Shown one piece after another: positions 1 to 9,389 of a stretch of DNA of 64,000 bases (positions are counted from its first letter, which is position 1; every line of letters begins with the position of its first letter). Both the position numbers and the translations under genes were made by a program. The notes beneath the pieces were generated by a model, which was given only the letters and a program-made list of their open reading frames with translations, had not been told where the DNA came from and did not search any database. Origin of the DNA: an uncultured candidate division Zixibacteria bacterium (GTDB taxonomy: Bacteria > Zixibacteria > MSB-5A5 > GN15 > FEB-12); the NCBI GenBank assembly GCA_963711085.1, contig CAVQCT010000005.1, forward strand, positions 35,488-99,487, given 5' to 3'.

Positions 1-432
1 TTCGCCGCTTCGTACACCAACCCGCAGGGGTTGAAAATACAGGTGCTGTTCGATTTCTTCTCCGCCGAGGCCGCTTTCGGCGGCCCGCACTCCCCGCGCA
101 ACTGTCTCCCCGGGTCGGGCTGGGTTATATCCGGTACTTCGCAAAACGATGTCGATCTGAACGGCAGGCTGATTCCGGCTGGAAGGTTTGATCTTCGCCT
201 CAACAAGAGCCGCCAGGTGATGGACTTCTGGTACGTGACTTATTTCGGGGAAACCTCAAACGACTATATCTTCAAGCTCTATCAGATGCTCAGTTCACTG
301 ACTTTCCGCCCGCGCGATGTCGCCTTTGTTCGTTTCGTTACCACGCAGGATCCGGAACATCAGGAAGCCCTCAAGCAATTCGAGACTGCCTGCACGCAAG
401 AGATCTACAAGCTGCTGCCGTTTGATAAGTAG
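1..432 (+). CDS. EpsI-family (exosortase-associated) protein, C-terminal part; the 5' end lies outside the window
   Basis: Frame 1 is open from nt 1 (FAASYTNPQG) into ORF 31..432. It carries the EpsI-type motif GGPHSPRNCLPGSGW. Stop at 430-432. Confidence 0.7.
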   Translation, partial: FAASYTNPQGLKIQVLFDFFSAEAAFGGPHSPRNCLPGSGWVISGTSQNDVDLNGRLIPAGRFDLRLNKSRQVMDFWYVTYFGETSNDYIFKLYQMLSSLTFRPRDVAFVRFVTTQDPEHQEALKQFETACTQEIYKLLPFDK

Positions 433-490
433 ACTTCTTCCTTACAAGTAAATGACAATCCGCGCACAATGATTCGTTGATCGGTGCATT

Positions 491-1600
491 TCACGACCGA
501 ACGGCGGTAATCAGGTCTGTCGAGCCCGGAAGCGGAATTCGACGGACCTGCTCGAATCCGGTCTGCTTCAACCAGTCGGTATACTCCGCTTCGCTGTAGG
601 ATGCTCCGTGCGGCGTGCCTACGAGCATATTTATCGAGAACAGGGCGGCAATGGTCGGTCCGGTTTTGTCGTTGTTCAGAATGAAATCCTGAATGACTAT
701 TTTTCCTCCGGGGCTCAGCGCACGCTGCACCTTGCGGAAGAGATCCATGTTTTCCTGCTCGTCGAACATGTGACAGATCGCGGAGATCCAGACAAGATCG
801 AAATCTCTGCCGAATTCATCTTTGCGCATATCTCCATTGATGAAATGGATCCGGTCAGTCAAACCGGCAGCATCGATATGTCGCTGGGCGATTGGCACCA
901 CCGACGGGAGGTCAAAGATGAATCCTTGAAGGTCGGGGTTGGCCTGCGCGAAAGCGATCGAGTACGCCCCGGAGCCACCGCCGACATCGAGCATCTTCTT
1001 CACACTCGAAGTATCGACCATTCCGGCCACCTGTTTGGCGCGGGCTCTGGCGTTGGCATCCATCGCCGCGATAAACGCTTCGGTCCAGTTATCGTCTCGG
1101 GTAGCCATCTCAGTGTAAGTCACCGAGGTTCCTTTCCGCACGCATTCGGTCAAAGTTGACCAGCGATCCCAGAGGTGGACGATATGCATCAGCCCGAGCC
1201 GTGAGTCGTTGCGGCCGCCTTCGGCAAGGTACCGGGCGGCAACGGCGGAGTTTCGGTATTGTGGTCCGGTCTTTTCGAGCAATCCGAGTGAAGCAAGGGC
1301 ATTCATCAGGGTTTCGGTAGTACGGCGATCAGTGTCGAGGCGGTCGGCAACCTCAGAAGCTGTGGCACCGTCGCGAACAGCCGAAAAGAGATCCAGCTCG
1401 ACCGCACTCAGTACCACCCGGCTTGCCCTGAAACCGCTGGTCAGCGCCATCAGGTCGTCAGGAAGCACTCCGGATTCGTCGCGCGCCTTCATTCCGGCCA
1501 GCATTTTTGCCTTGTTCATTTCGACCTCAGCCCGGAGCGCTTTCTGGTCACTATTAACCAGTCTTCGCACCGGGTGACCGTTTTTGAAGTGCTCGGTCAC
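491..1600 (-). CDS. SAM-dependent O-methyltransferase (family-2 OMT type with N-terminal winged-helix/dimerisation region)
   Basis: SAM motif I LDVGGGSGAYSIAF, FDLPSV loop and an OMT-like C-terminal half. The true start is ambiguous because this frame stays open upstream into the conserved C-terminus of the ferredoxin gene. Confidence 0.85.
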   Translation of the reverse strand: MTEHFKNGHPVRRLVNSDQKALRAEVEMNKAKMLAGMKARDESGVLPDDLMALTSGFRASRVVLSAVELDLFSAVRDGATASEVADRLDTDRRTTETLMNALASLGLLEKTGPQYRNSAVAARYLAEGGRNDSRLGLMHIVHLWDRWSTLTECVRKGTSVTYTEMATRDDNWTEAFIAAMDANARARAKQVAGMVDTSSVKKMLDVGGGSGAYSIAFAQANPDLQGFIFDLPSVVPIAQRHIDAAGLTDRIHFINGDMRKDEFGRDFDLVWISAICHMFDEQENMDLFRKVQRALSPGGKIVIQDFILNNDKTGPTIAALFSINMLVGTPHGASYSEAEYTDWLKQTGFEQVRRIPLPGSTDLITAVRS

Positions 1601-1853
1601 GATCTCGGCGACATCTTCCGGCTTGAACGCCTGAATACCAGATTCCTTCAGGATAAACTACCATGTTCGGTCCCCGCTCACACAGGCCGATTGAGCCGGA
1701 AGTGGTCACCTGAACATCCCCCGCCAATCCCTGGGCGGCGATTTCGGAGCGGAGCAGATCGATAATCTTGGCGGCCCCTCGGGCGGAACAGCAGGGGACT
1801 CCCTCCGGCTTCTTCTGGTCACAGACGTAAACATGGTATTTGAAGGCTTCCAT
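1554..1853 (-). CDS. thioredoxin-like [2Fe-2S] ferredoxin domain, frame-broken near nt 1625
   Basis: MEAFKYHVYVCDQKKPEG..CCSARG..LCERGPNMVVYPEGIWYSGV matches the Cys pattern and GPN-VVYPEG-WY motif of this family. The ORF tail after GV is junk. The expected continuation KPEDVAEIVTEHFKNGHPVRRLV lies in the +1 frame, which is the frame of ORF 491..1600. Confidence 0.8.
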   Translation of the reverse strand: MEAFKYHVYVCDQKKPEGVPCCSARGAAKIIDLLRSEIAAQGLAGDVQVTTSGSIGLCERGPNMVVYPEGIWYSGVQAGRCRRDRDRALQKRSPGAKTG

Positions 1854-2081
1854 AAGATTCTCCTATTTCTTCGGCGGCACCGCATGGAGGTAGCCGACCA
1901 CAGGGTGAAGGGGGACCATAAAATCTACATAGAGGTAACAAGCAATGCCACCGAATTGTTGCTTCCGTTACTCTCAAGCAGGCACCGGGAGTCGATAATA
2001 TTTGAAAGAGAGGTCCCGGGGAGATTGATGCCTTGACACGGGAGTAGAGAACAAGTTTCTTCTCCCCTTGCAAAAGCGAGA

Positions 2082-3540
2082 ATGAACCGACCGAGCAGAC
2101 AGGCAGAAACAGAAGTGGCGGAATCAGGCATGAAGACGGAAGAAGATCGGAACTATGAATCGGCCAGGCCGTGGCTGCCGATAGTTTCGGTCGAAGGCGC
2201 GTTCGCCAATGTGTTCATCGTAATCACCGGCGGCGCGTTCCTGACCGGTATCGCGCTGTTTCTCGGAGCGAACGATTTCGAGATCGGTCTGCTTGGCGCG
2301 ATTCCGTTCATGGCTCAGCTCGCCCAGCTCTTTTCAACCTACCTCGCGAATCGGACGGGGGGACGCAAATCATACTCGGTCTGGAGCGCCGTGTTCGGGC
2401 GGCAGATCTGGTGGCTCGTCATCCCTTTACTTTTTGTCTCCGGCAACTGGCGTCTCGAAGCATTCTTCGCGGTTCTCATCTTCTCGAATCTTGCAATCAT
2501 GACGGCGGCGCCGGTTTGGCTGTCCTGGATGGCGGATATCGTACCGGACCGAATCCGGGCAAGGTATTTCGGCTTTCGAAGCGCCGGGATCGCTTTTTCG
2601 ACTATCTCCGCGACCGTGGTGGGAGGGATCATCCTTGACCATTACCGCCGATCGGGTCAGGACGCGTTCGGGTTCGCTGTCATTCTCGGGTTTGCCTGCC
2701 TGTTTGCCCTCGCCGCCGTACTGCTGCTCAGGAGACTGCCCGACCGGCCCAATGAGGAGGAAGAATCGGCGATGATTCGATGGGCTGATATCCTTGAGCC
2801 GCTGAAGGATCTCAATTTTCGGCGGCTGCTTAAGGTGTTCTTTGTCTGGAATGTGGCAGTCGGCATTGCGGCAGCATTTTTCGCCGCCCATATGATCACG
2901 AATCTTAGAATGTCGTTCACCCTGATTTCTCTGTACACCGCCATTCCGGCAATCATGGCGATCATTCTCAACAAGCCCTGGGGGATTGTGATCGACCGGT
3001 TCGGCTCGAGACCGGTTATCGTGATCTGCGCCTTGGGAATCGGGATGATTCCTTTGATCTGGTGGTTTCCCCGCCCGGATTTCCTGTGGATACTCGGATT
3101 CGAAGCGGTCTACTCCGGAGCGCTCTGGACCGGTTTCACCCTGGCCGCCTTCAATGTCCCGATCTCAAACAGCCCAAAAAACAAGCGGACGGCGTATCTG
3201 TCGATGTTCGCGGTGATCACCGGTATCGGCTATTTTACCTCCTCGATAGCCGGCGGATTTCTTGCCGAGATCATTCAGTTTCATTCACTGGCATATCGGC
3301 CCGCAGATTTTCATCAACTATCATCTGTTATTTGGCGTGTCGGCGGTGCTGAGAATACTCGCCGGGTTGCTGTTCTTGAGTTTCCACGAACCGAAAGAGA
3401 AGGCGATTCCGATCATGGTGCAGTTTATGGGGTATTCGATGCTCAAGCGGTTGTCGATCGGCCGCCAGTTTCTTCCGCGAGGAGTGAAAGTGATTGGGCA
3501 GTTCGTGCACCAGCAGCGAAGAGATTTCCACTGGCGGTAG
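2082..3540 (+). CDS. MFS transporter, frame-broken between ~3250 and ~3290
   Basis: ORF 2082..3746 is hydrophobic multi-TM sequence up to ..SSIAGGFLAEI and then becomes non-membrane junk that reads through repeats. The last TM segment and tail (IHWHIGPQIFINYHLLFGVSAVLRILAGLLFLSFHEPKEK) are in ORF 3262..3540 in the +1 frame. Confidence 0.8.
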
Positions 3541-3664
3541 GCATCCCGAATTCTTCCGTAGGGCGGCCTCGTCTTCGAGCCCACCATCCTCGTCGTACGA
3601 TTTTGGCATCGCATGGAATTCCGACATTATTGCTTTTGACCCTTGACACACCAGCTCATTTGAA

Positions 3665-3803
3665 GACCCTCACCCCCGGCCCCTCTCCCAGTGGGCGAGG
3701 GGAGAACAAAAAGTGCTCGTGCTTTACGTCGATGCCTTTTCATTAAACCGGATTTTGTCTTTTCCCTCTCCCTCTGGGAGAGGGATACAGGGTGAGGGTC
3801 TTA
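3665..3803. repeat. REP/MITE-like element Z1: inverted ends gaccctcaccc / gggtgagggtc, each arm with its own hairpin (cctctccca-N-gggngagggga)
   Basis: The left arm at 3665-3707 and right arm at 3758-3803 are reverse complements of each other. A second copy lies at 4094-4232. Confidence 0.7.
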
Positions 3804-3834
3804 CAGGAAGCCGTTCGGCTCTGGCCGAACTAAA

Positions 3835-3897
3835 CCGGTTATCACCCACCCGACATTCGGTCCGCAGGATGCGAACCTCATTTTAGGTGGGCTACCG
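3835..3897. repeat. ~62-nt nested-hairpin element X, copy 1
   Basis: Sequence ttatcacccacccgacattcggtccgcaggatgcgaacctcattttaggtgggctaccg. The outer stem is cccacc/ggtggg and the inner hairpin is ggtccgca-gga-tgcgaacc. A near-identical inverted copy lies at 62219-62284. Confidence 0.7.
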
Positions 3898-4093
3898 AAG
3901 ATGGTGTCATTCTCACCCAACAACAGTGTCCCAATCAATCTCGGCCCACGTCCGAGAGAGCGGCGATAGCTATAAGATCGCCACGTGGGAAGAGAAATCC
4001 GTCAATGATGCCTCTCGGGTAAGGTGGACCCGCTTCGGGCCCGCCATTTGAGCAGTCGAAAAGCATTTCGCCTGTGTATCGCGCTTGTCCAAG

Positions 4094-4232
4094 GACCCTC
4101 ACCCCCAACCCCTCTCCCAGGGGGCGAGGGGAGGAAGAGACACCCGCGTTCTCAATGTCCTTCTCAGTTCACCTTCGCGAAATTCGTCTTTTCCCTATAC
4201 CTCTAGGAGAGGGATACAGGGTGATGGTCTTA
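4094..4232. repeat. REP/MITE-like element Z2 (second copy of Z1)
   Basis: Left arm 4094-4137 (gaccctcacccccaacccctctcccagggggcgaggggagg) and right arm 4186-4232 (tcttttccctatacctctaggagagggatacagggtgatggtctta). The internal ~50 nt differ from Z1. Confidence 0.7.
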
Positions 4233-4395
4233 CTAGCGGATTCCCGACGGTACATCCAACCGGACCTCTACGCATCTCGAATGTTGACACCCAGAGGGTG
4301 TCAACCTACTTGCAACCATTCTTCGTTATGTTTACATTCCCACAACATGGTTGTAGAAATCTTCTATTGATGCCGGTAGAAGGCAAGGAGAGAGC

Positions 4396-4923
4396 ATGGA
4401 AGGGTATGTCAGCTGGGTGATAAGCAATCCGCTGTTGTCGGCGGCGGTGCAGTTCGGAATCCTCGGGACACTGGGGGAAATGATCCCGGTAAGTCTCAAA
4501 AAGAAGCGCTTCGCATTGCCCGGGACGATCGTTCAGACATTCCTGAAGATCCTTGCCTGGGCATTGCTCGGAATCATCATCAAATACGGGTTCACCGGCA
4601 TGAAAGGATTCACCCGCGCGCTGATCGAACATGGGATGCTTCCCACTTTCTGCGCATCGGGTATCGGCTGGGCGTTCGCCGTTTCGGTGCTGACGAATCT
4701 CCTGTTCGGTCCGCAGATGATGTTCTTTCACCGGCTCGAGGACAATCTCATTCTCTGGAAGAAGAACTTCGCCGGCCTGACCACCGCCTGGTGGACGTTG
4801 ATCTGGTTCTGGATTCCAGCACACACGGTGACGTTTTCTCTCCCGACCGAGTACCAGATCGGTCTCGCGGCGTTGTGGTCGATTGTGCTGGGATTGATAT
4901 TGGGATTGGCGAAGCAGAAGTAG
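4396..4923 (+). CDS. integral membrane protein (possibly Mpv17/PMP22-like), function unknown
   Basis: ATG is preceded by AAGGAG. The 175-aa protein has four or more hydrophobic segments. The C-terminal pattern WIPAHTVTFSLPTEYQIGLAALWSIVLG is weakly reminiscent of Mpv17/PMP22. Confidence 0.6.
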   Translation: MEGYVSWVISNPLLSAAVQFGILGTLGEMIPVSLKKKRFALPGTIVQTFLKILAWALLGIIIKYGFTGMKGFTRALIEHGMLPTFCASGIGWAFAVSVLTNLLFGPQMMFFHRLEDNLILWKKNFAGLTTAWWTLIWFWIPAHTVTFSLPTEYQIGLAALWSIVLGLILGLAKQK

Positions 4924-5050
4924 CGCGTCTTAAGTGTCGACATTGTCCGTCCGAAAGCCTTTCCTGAGCGGCTCGTATTGAGTACGCCAAGCTGATCGGG
5001 AACTTTAGGCATTCCCAACGGCACGTCAGAACGGAGATCAATGTGGAAAA

Positions 5051-5163
5051 TTCTTCCGTAGGGCGGACCGGTCATACCCTCCGGCCCGGCGTACCCGATG
5101 ACATGCTCGCGGCATGTCTCCGCAACGTCCGGCCGTAAGAATGGTCGGACCTACGAGGAAGAG
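5051..5163. repeat. MITE/REP-like element Y between convergent genes, with imperfect terminal inverted repeats and a central hairpin
   Basis: ttcttccgtagggcggacc (5051-5069) is an imperfect reverse complement of ggtcggacctacgaggaagag (5143-5163). A central perfect hairpin gacatgc-tcgcg-gcatgtc lies at 5100-5118. The 18-nt left end aattcttccgtagggcgg recurs at 3548-3565. Confidence 0.6.
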
Positions 5164-5177
5164 AAGCCGTAACGAAA

Positions 5178-5345
5178 TTATCCGGTGTATCTTTGCCCGA
5201 AAATCCGGCCGTAGTAGAGGCCGGCGCCACTGCCGACGGTGCTTACGATGAAGGCGGTGAGGAATCCGAAATGCATGCCGAGCCACCAGCCGAGCCATCC
5301 GCCGGCCGAGGCCCCGATAAATCCAAACATTTTTGCCGAAAACAT
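5178..5345 (-). CDS. small (55 aa) Gly-rich membrane protein, hypothetical; below the ORF-track size cutoff
   Basis: Minus-strand ATG at 5345 preceded by GGAGG. Translation: MFSAKMFGFIGASAGGWLGWWLGMHFGFLTAFIVSTVGSGAGLYYGRIFGQRYTG. Stop at 5178-5180. Confidence 0.45.
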   Translation of the reverse strand: MFSAKMFGFIGASAGGWLGWWLGMHFGFLTAFIVSTVGSGAGLYYGRIFGQRYTG

Positions 5346-5498
5346 GGCCGCCTCCAATCGAATAAGGACTGAGCCGCTCCATCAAAATACAGAGCAGACT
5401 ACTTCATTATTCCAATTGTCGGCAATCTCAAAAGCAAACTTGAAAACCCGCCTAATCGACTGACTGTTAACAAGTTGTTTCGATATTAGGAAAACCCC

Positions 5499-5978
5499 TT
5501 ACCAGCCTTTGGCGGTGCGAATACCCATAATATGACCGATATGCTTTTCGCCGTGGTTGGCGTAGATACGGACCAGCTTCTCCAGCGTGACATCACCGTC
5601 TTCCGGATGATATGCCGTCCGGCTCCAGAGGGATGCGGGCTGCTTGTCCAGAAAGCTGCTCCACCGGGCGTGCAGGCCCTTGATCAGCAGCATCGATTCA
5701 TCGATAGGATCTGTCCTGGCATCCTCAAGTCTCGCCCAGTCATCCTGATTGTATGGCTTCAATGTTGGATGGTCCTCGGTCACGACCAAATGCATTCGTA
5801 TGTAAGCGTTGACATGTGAGTCGGCCAGATGGTGGATCACCTGGCGCACCGTCCAGCCCCCTTCGCGATACGGCGTATCCAACTGACTGTCGGAAAGCCC
5901 CTTGATTGCTTCCGTAAGTTTTACGGGAAGGGTACGGATCTTATCGATCAGTTCCTTGCGCTCGGAATCTGATAACAT
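5499..5978 (-). CDS. DinB/YfiT-family putative metal-dependent hydrolase/transferase
   Basis: 159 aa with GGWTVRQVIHHLADSH .. ANHGEKHIGHI, which fits the His-triad four-helix DinB fold signature. Confidence 0.75.
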   Translation of the reverse strand: MLSDSERKELIDKIRTLPVKLTEAIKGLSDSQLDTPYREGGWTVRQVIHHLADSHVNAYIRMHLVVTEDHPTLKPYNQDDWARLEDARTDPIDESMLLIKGLHARWSSFLDKQPASLWSRTAYHPEDGDVTLEKLVRIYANHGEKHIGHIMGIRTAKGW

Positions 5979-6101
5979 AGTTCAGGACCTCCTCAAAAGT
6001 TATACGGTGGCCTTACACATTTCTGCTCCCGAAGTCTGAAAATGAAAAGGGAAAATGAATGACGGCGAGCGTGAAGTCAACCCGCAAGTATGCGGCTGAA
6101 G

Positions 6102-6518
6102 TCACTTTCTTTGTACTGTCGTCCAGGCGTCTTCGAGGATTTTTCTGTGATCAAAGGCAATTTCGTGGTTTTGCCAGTCGGCGACGAGTTCCACTCCTGC
6201 GGCATCCGATCCCGCCTTCATTTGAGACGTATCTGCTTCACCAAGAAAGGCCACGGTTACGGTATGTCTGCGCGGGTCGCGTCCCGGATCGGAATATACG
6301 CCGATAAAACGAAGGTTAGCCGGATGCAGCCCGGTTTCTTCTTCGGTCTCCCGAATGCACGCCTGTTCGACCGTCTCGCCAATCTCCACAAACCCGCCCG
6401 GCAGAGCATAGGAGCCCTTGAACGGATCATTAGCCCGCCGAATAAGAACGGCTGATTCACCGTCGAAAATAACACAATCAACCGTGAGGGCGGGTCCGTT
6501 GGGAATGAAGGAGTTCAC
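6102..6518 (-). CDS. NUDIX hydrolase
   Basis: Nudix box GGFVEIGETVEQACIRETEEETGL. Confidence 0.85.
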   Translation of the reverse strand: MNSFIPNGPALTVDCVIFDGESAVLIRRANDPFKGSYALPGGFVEIGETVEQACIRETEEETGLHPANLRFIGVYSDPGRDPRRHTVTVAFLGEADTSQMKAGSDAAGVELVADWQNHEIAFDHRKILEDAWTTVQRK

Positions 6519-6526
6519 CTGGAAAA

Positions 6527-7966
6527 TTACCTGACCGAGAGCGCGGTTACCTGATTCGACACCACATGTTTGAGATAGTCGTCGTTGTCGAGTTCCGCCT
6601 GCGGGTATTTCGTCACCAACTCGTCGAGTATCCTTCGCTGGACCTCGCTTCTCCGCTCAACCTCCGCCAGCGGAATGTGGCTGAAGGCGATCATGGCATA
6701 CTGGGGCATCCAGCGGTCGGGAAGGAGTTCCCAGAGCCGGCGTTCAAGGAGCCATTTTGTGTCATAATGCGGGTCGCGGCTTTTTTCCAGCTCTGCAAAA
6801 TTCTTCAGCGACATGTCTGCCATGGCATCCGCATCCGGTTTTCTAATTCGGCTGAACTCTGAAAAGACAGTACCGAAATCCCCCGGATGTTCTTCCATAA
6901 GTTGATCGAACACGGTGCAGTCTTCGAATCCGGCATTCATCCCCATCGCGAAAAACGGGACAATCGCGTGACTGGCGTCGCCGAGGATGGCCACTTTGTC
7001 TTTGTAATGCCAGGGGAAACACCGGACCGAAAAGACACTGGCGGTCTCGTTAGCGAAAAAGTCTTCGAGCAAAGTTGGCATGTGCTGATATGCCTTCGGG
7101 AAGTGGTGTTTGAAGAAGGCGACCACCTGTTCTTCGTCCTGCAATGCGCAAAACGAGCTCTCACCGGTGAGGGGCAGAAAGAGAGTAATGGTGAAGGCGT
7201 GATCGATTCTTGGAATCGCCAGCATCATGATATTGGTCCGGGGCCAGATGTGGACACAATCGTGTTCCATCGCCCAGTCACCGTTCGGCAGCGGCGGAAT
7301 CACCAGTTCCCGGTAGCCGTAGGCATGAGTTCTCAGTTCGCTGATTGTCTTGCGATGATCCTCGAGATTGGCCCGTACCGCTGAAAAGATGCCGTCGGTG
7401 CCGATGACGTGGTCATATTTCCGGTTCGATTTTTCACCGGTTTCAGTATCCAGAAAGACGATCTCTCCGGTCTCAACATTTATATAGCCGCATTCCTGAT
7501 TGAAGAAAATTCGTACCTTTCCGGTGGCCTCGGCACGGTCCATAAGGGTGCAGTTGAGGTCTCTTCGGTCAATCGTGTTGATGGAGTCATTTTCGCCGCC
7601 GTAGCGCTGGAATTTGGTGGTTCCGTCGGCCTTGTGGACCAGGCGACCGCGTTTGGGCAGGGTGTGGCGCATGATATCCTCGGTCAGGCCGACTCCGTCA
7701 ATAGCTCTTCTGCCCCTTGCCGAAATGGACATGACAATCGACCGCCCGGCTGAAATATGTGCCTTGCGCATGTCCGGCCGTTTCTCGTACAGATCGACCG
7801 GATACCCGCGCTTGACCAAATATAATGAGAGAAGTGTCCCTACCAGACCTGCGCCGACGACGCAGATCCGCTCGTCCTTGTTGTTCAATTCCTTGCCTGA
7901 ATCTTTCGTTAGCTGTTGTTCGTACGGTTTAACTTTCATATACACCCATTGTTCCGTCCGGGTCAA
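6527..7966 (-). CDS. kmo: FAD-dependent kynurenine 3-monooxygenase-like enzyme
   Basis: Rossmann motif VVGAGLVGTLLSLYLVKRGYPVDLYEKR, GTDGIFSAVR, and GDASHAIVPFFAMGMNAGFEDC. Length is in the KMO range. The start may be the internal Met at 7939. Confidence 0.8.
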   Translation of the reverse strand: MTRTEQWVYMKVKPYEQQLTKDSGKELNNKDERICVVGAGLVGTLLSLYLVKRGYPVDLYEKRPDMRKAHISAGRSIVMSISARGRRAIDGVGLTEDIMRHTLPKRGRLVHKADGTTKFQRYGGENDSINTIDRRDLNCTLMDRAEATGKVRIFFNQECGYINVETGEIVFLDTETGEKSNRKYDHVIGTDGIFSAVRANLEDHRKTISELRTHAYGYRELVIPPLPNGDWAMEHDCVHIWPRTNIMMLAIPRIDHAFTITLFLPLTGESSFCALQDEEQVVAFFKHHFPKAYQHMPTLLEDFFANETASVFSVRCFPWHYKDKVAILGDASHAIVPFFAMGMNAGFEDCTVFDQLMEEHPGDFGTVFSEFSRIRKPDADAMADMSLKNFAELEKSRDPHYDTKWLLERRLWELLPDRWMPQYAMIAFSHIPLAEVERRSEVQRRILDELVTKYPQAELDNDDYLKHVVSNQVTALSVR

Positions 7967-8066
7967 GTTTTTAGTGCGTTACCGGATTTGCACAAACTTG
8001 ACTCCTGAGGCCCCGCAATTTTCATTACGTGAACTTGAATCTGTGATCTGAGGATCTTTTCATCGG

Positions 8067-9284
8067 ATGCACCTTGTCGTTTTGCTGGTCTTTATCTTTG
8101 TTTATGCCGGATTGATACTCGGGCGAATCCCCGGTTTGAGTCTCGACCGGACCGGCATTACTCTGCTGGGCGCCATCGTCCTGATCGCGAGCGGGGATAT
8201 GCCGGTACACGACATTGCCGCCGCAGTCGACATTCCAACCATTGCCCTGCTCTTCAGCCTGATGATTTTGTCGGCCCAATTTCGCCTGAGTGGATTCTAT
8301 TCGTATGTCGTCAATCGGATTGCAATAGTTCCGATCGAGCCTCCGAAGCTGCTGGCCCTGATTATCGCGTTGGTTGGTGCCCTGTCGGCCCTGCTGGCCA
8401 ACGATGTCGTATGCCTTGCGGTCGCACCGATCCTGATCGAGGGATGCCGCCGTCGCCGACTCAACCCGGTACCGTTCCTGATCGCTCTGGCCTGTGCCGC
8501 AAATGTTGGCTCGGCTGCGACCCTGATCGGCAATCCGCAGAATATTCTGATCGGGCAGGTGCTCAAACTCTCGTTTTCCCGTTACCTCTGGCAGGCGGGG
8601 GTGCCGTCGGTGCTCGGACTTGCGGTTGTCTGGGGGGTGATCGTCTCGATGACGGGAGGGAACTGGAGTTCTTCGGATATCCCGCCCCAGCCGAGAGCGC
8701 TCAAACTGGATGTCTGGCAGACTGGCAAGGGGTTTCTTCTGCTGGCGACGATGGTGGTCCTTTTTCTCTTTGCCCCTTGGCCGCGGGAACTGGTGGCGTT
8801 GGCCGCTGTCGGTGTGCTGCTCTGCTCGAAAAAAATGCGCTCCCGCGAGATGCTCGGCATCGTCGATTGGCAGCTCCTTGTGCTGTTTATCGCGCTCTTT
8901 ATCGTGAACTACACTCTGAACCAGTCCGGATACCTCGGCCAGATGAAGACGCACCTTACCGAGATCGGGGTCAATATCGAGCAGCCGATCTGGCTGTTTG
9001 CGACTTCAGTGGCGCTTTCCAACATTGTTTCTAATGTACCGACCGTGATGCTTCTGCTCTCCTCGGCGGTGCACACCCTTGCCGGACCGATTCTCGCCCT
9101 TTCCTCGACTCTCGCCGGGAATCTGATCATCGTCGGTTCGATCGCGAATATTATTGTCGTAGATCAGGCGGGTCAACAAGGGGTGAGGATCAGTTGGAAG
9201 GATCATGCCCGAATCGGCGTACCGGTGACGATCCTCACACTTCTGATCGCCGCAGGCTGGCTCTGGTTTACGACGATCGTTTAG
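8067..9284 (+). CDS. ArsB/NhaD-superfamily anion/ion permease
   Basis: 405-aa polytopic protein. The motif GSAATLIGNPQNILI is typical of the ArsB/NhaD (citrate-transporter-like) permeases. Confidence 0.75.
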   Translation: MHLVVLLVFIFVYAGLILGRIPGLSLDRTGITLLGAIVLIASGDMPVHDIAAAVDIPTIALLFSLMILSAQFRLSGFYSYVVNRIAIVPIEPPKLLALIIALVGALSALLANDVVCLAVAPILIEGCRRRRLNPVPFLIALACAANVGSAATLIGNPQNILIGQVLKLSFSRYLWQAGVPSVLGLAVVWGVIVSMTGGNWSSSDIPPQPRALKLDVWQTGKGFLLLATMVVLFLFAPWPRELVALAAVGVLLCSKKMRSREMLGIVDWQLLVLFIALFIVNYTLNQSGYLGQMKTHLTEIGVNIEQPIWLFATSVALSNIVSNVPTVMLLLSSAVHTLAGPILALSSTLAGNLIIVGSIANIIVVDQAGQQGVRISWKDHARIGVPVTILTLLIAAGWLWFTTIV

Positions 9285-9389
9285 GAAACTGACTGCTCTT
9301 ATCGTCTTATCGCTTTTGACCTGAGCGGCGGCATCAGCTATATTTCGCCGATTGAGAAAGATCGATCTTGGTAAAGAGGATTTATTGAA

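Noticed and set aside
3541-3746. C-terminal ~150 aa of ORF 2082..3746, including ..TLTPGPSPSGRGENKK..
   Set aside because: This part is out of frame with the true MFS C-terminus (found in ORF 3262..3540) and is simply a translation of the REP-like repeats.
8025-8954. 309-aa minus-strand ORF
   Set aside because: It is entirely antisense to the well-supported ArsB/NhaD-type permease gene. The translation is Arg/His/Asp/Gln-rich low complexity with no motif. This is typical of spurious antisense frames in GC-rich coding DNA.
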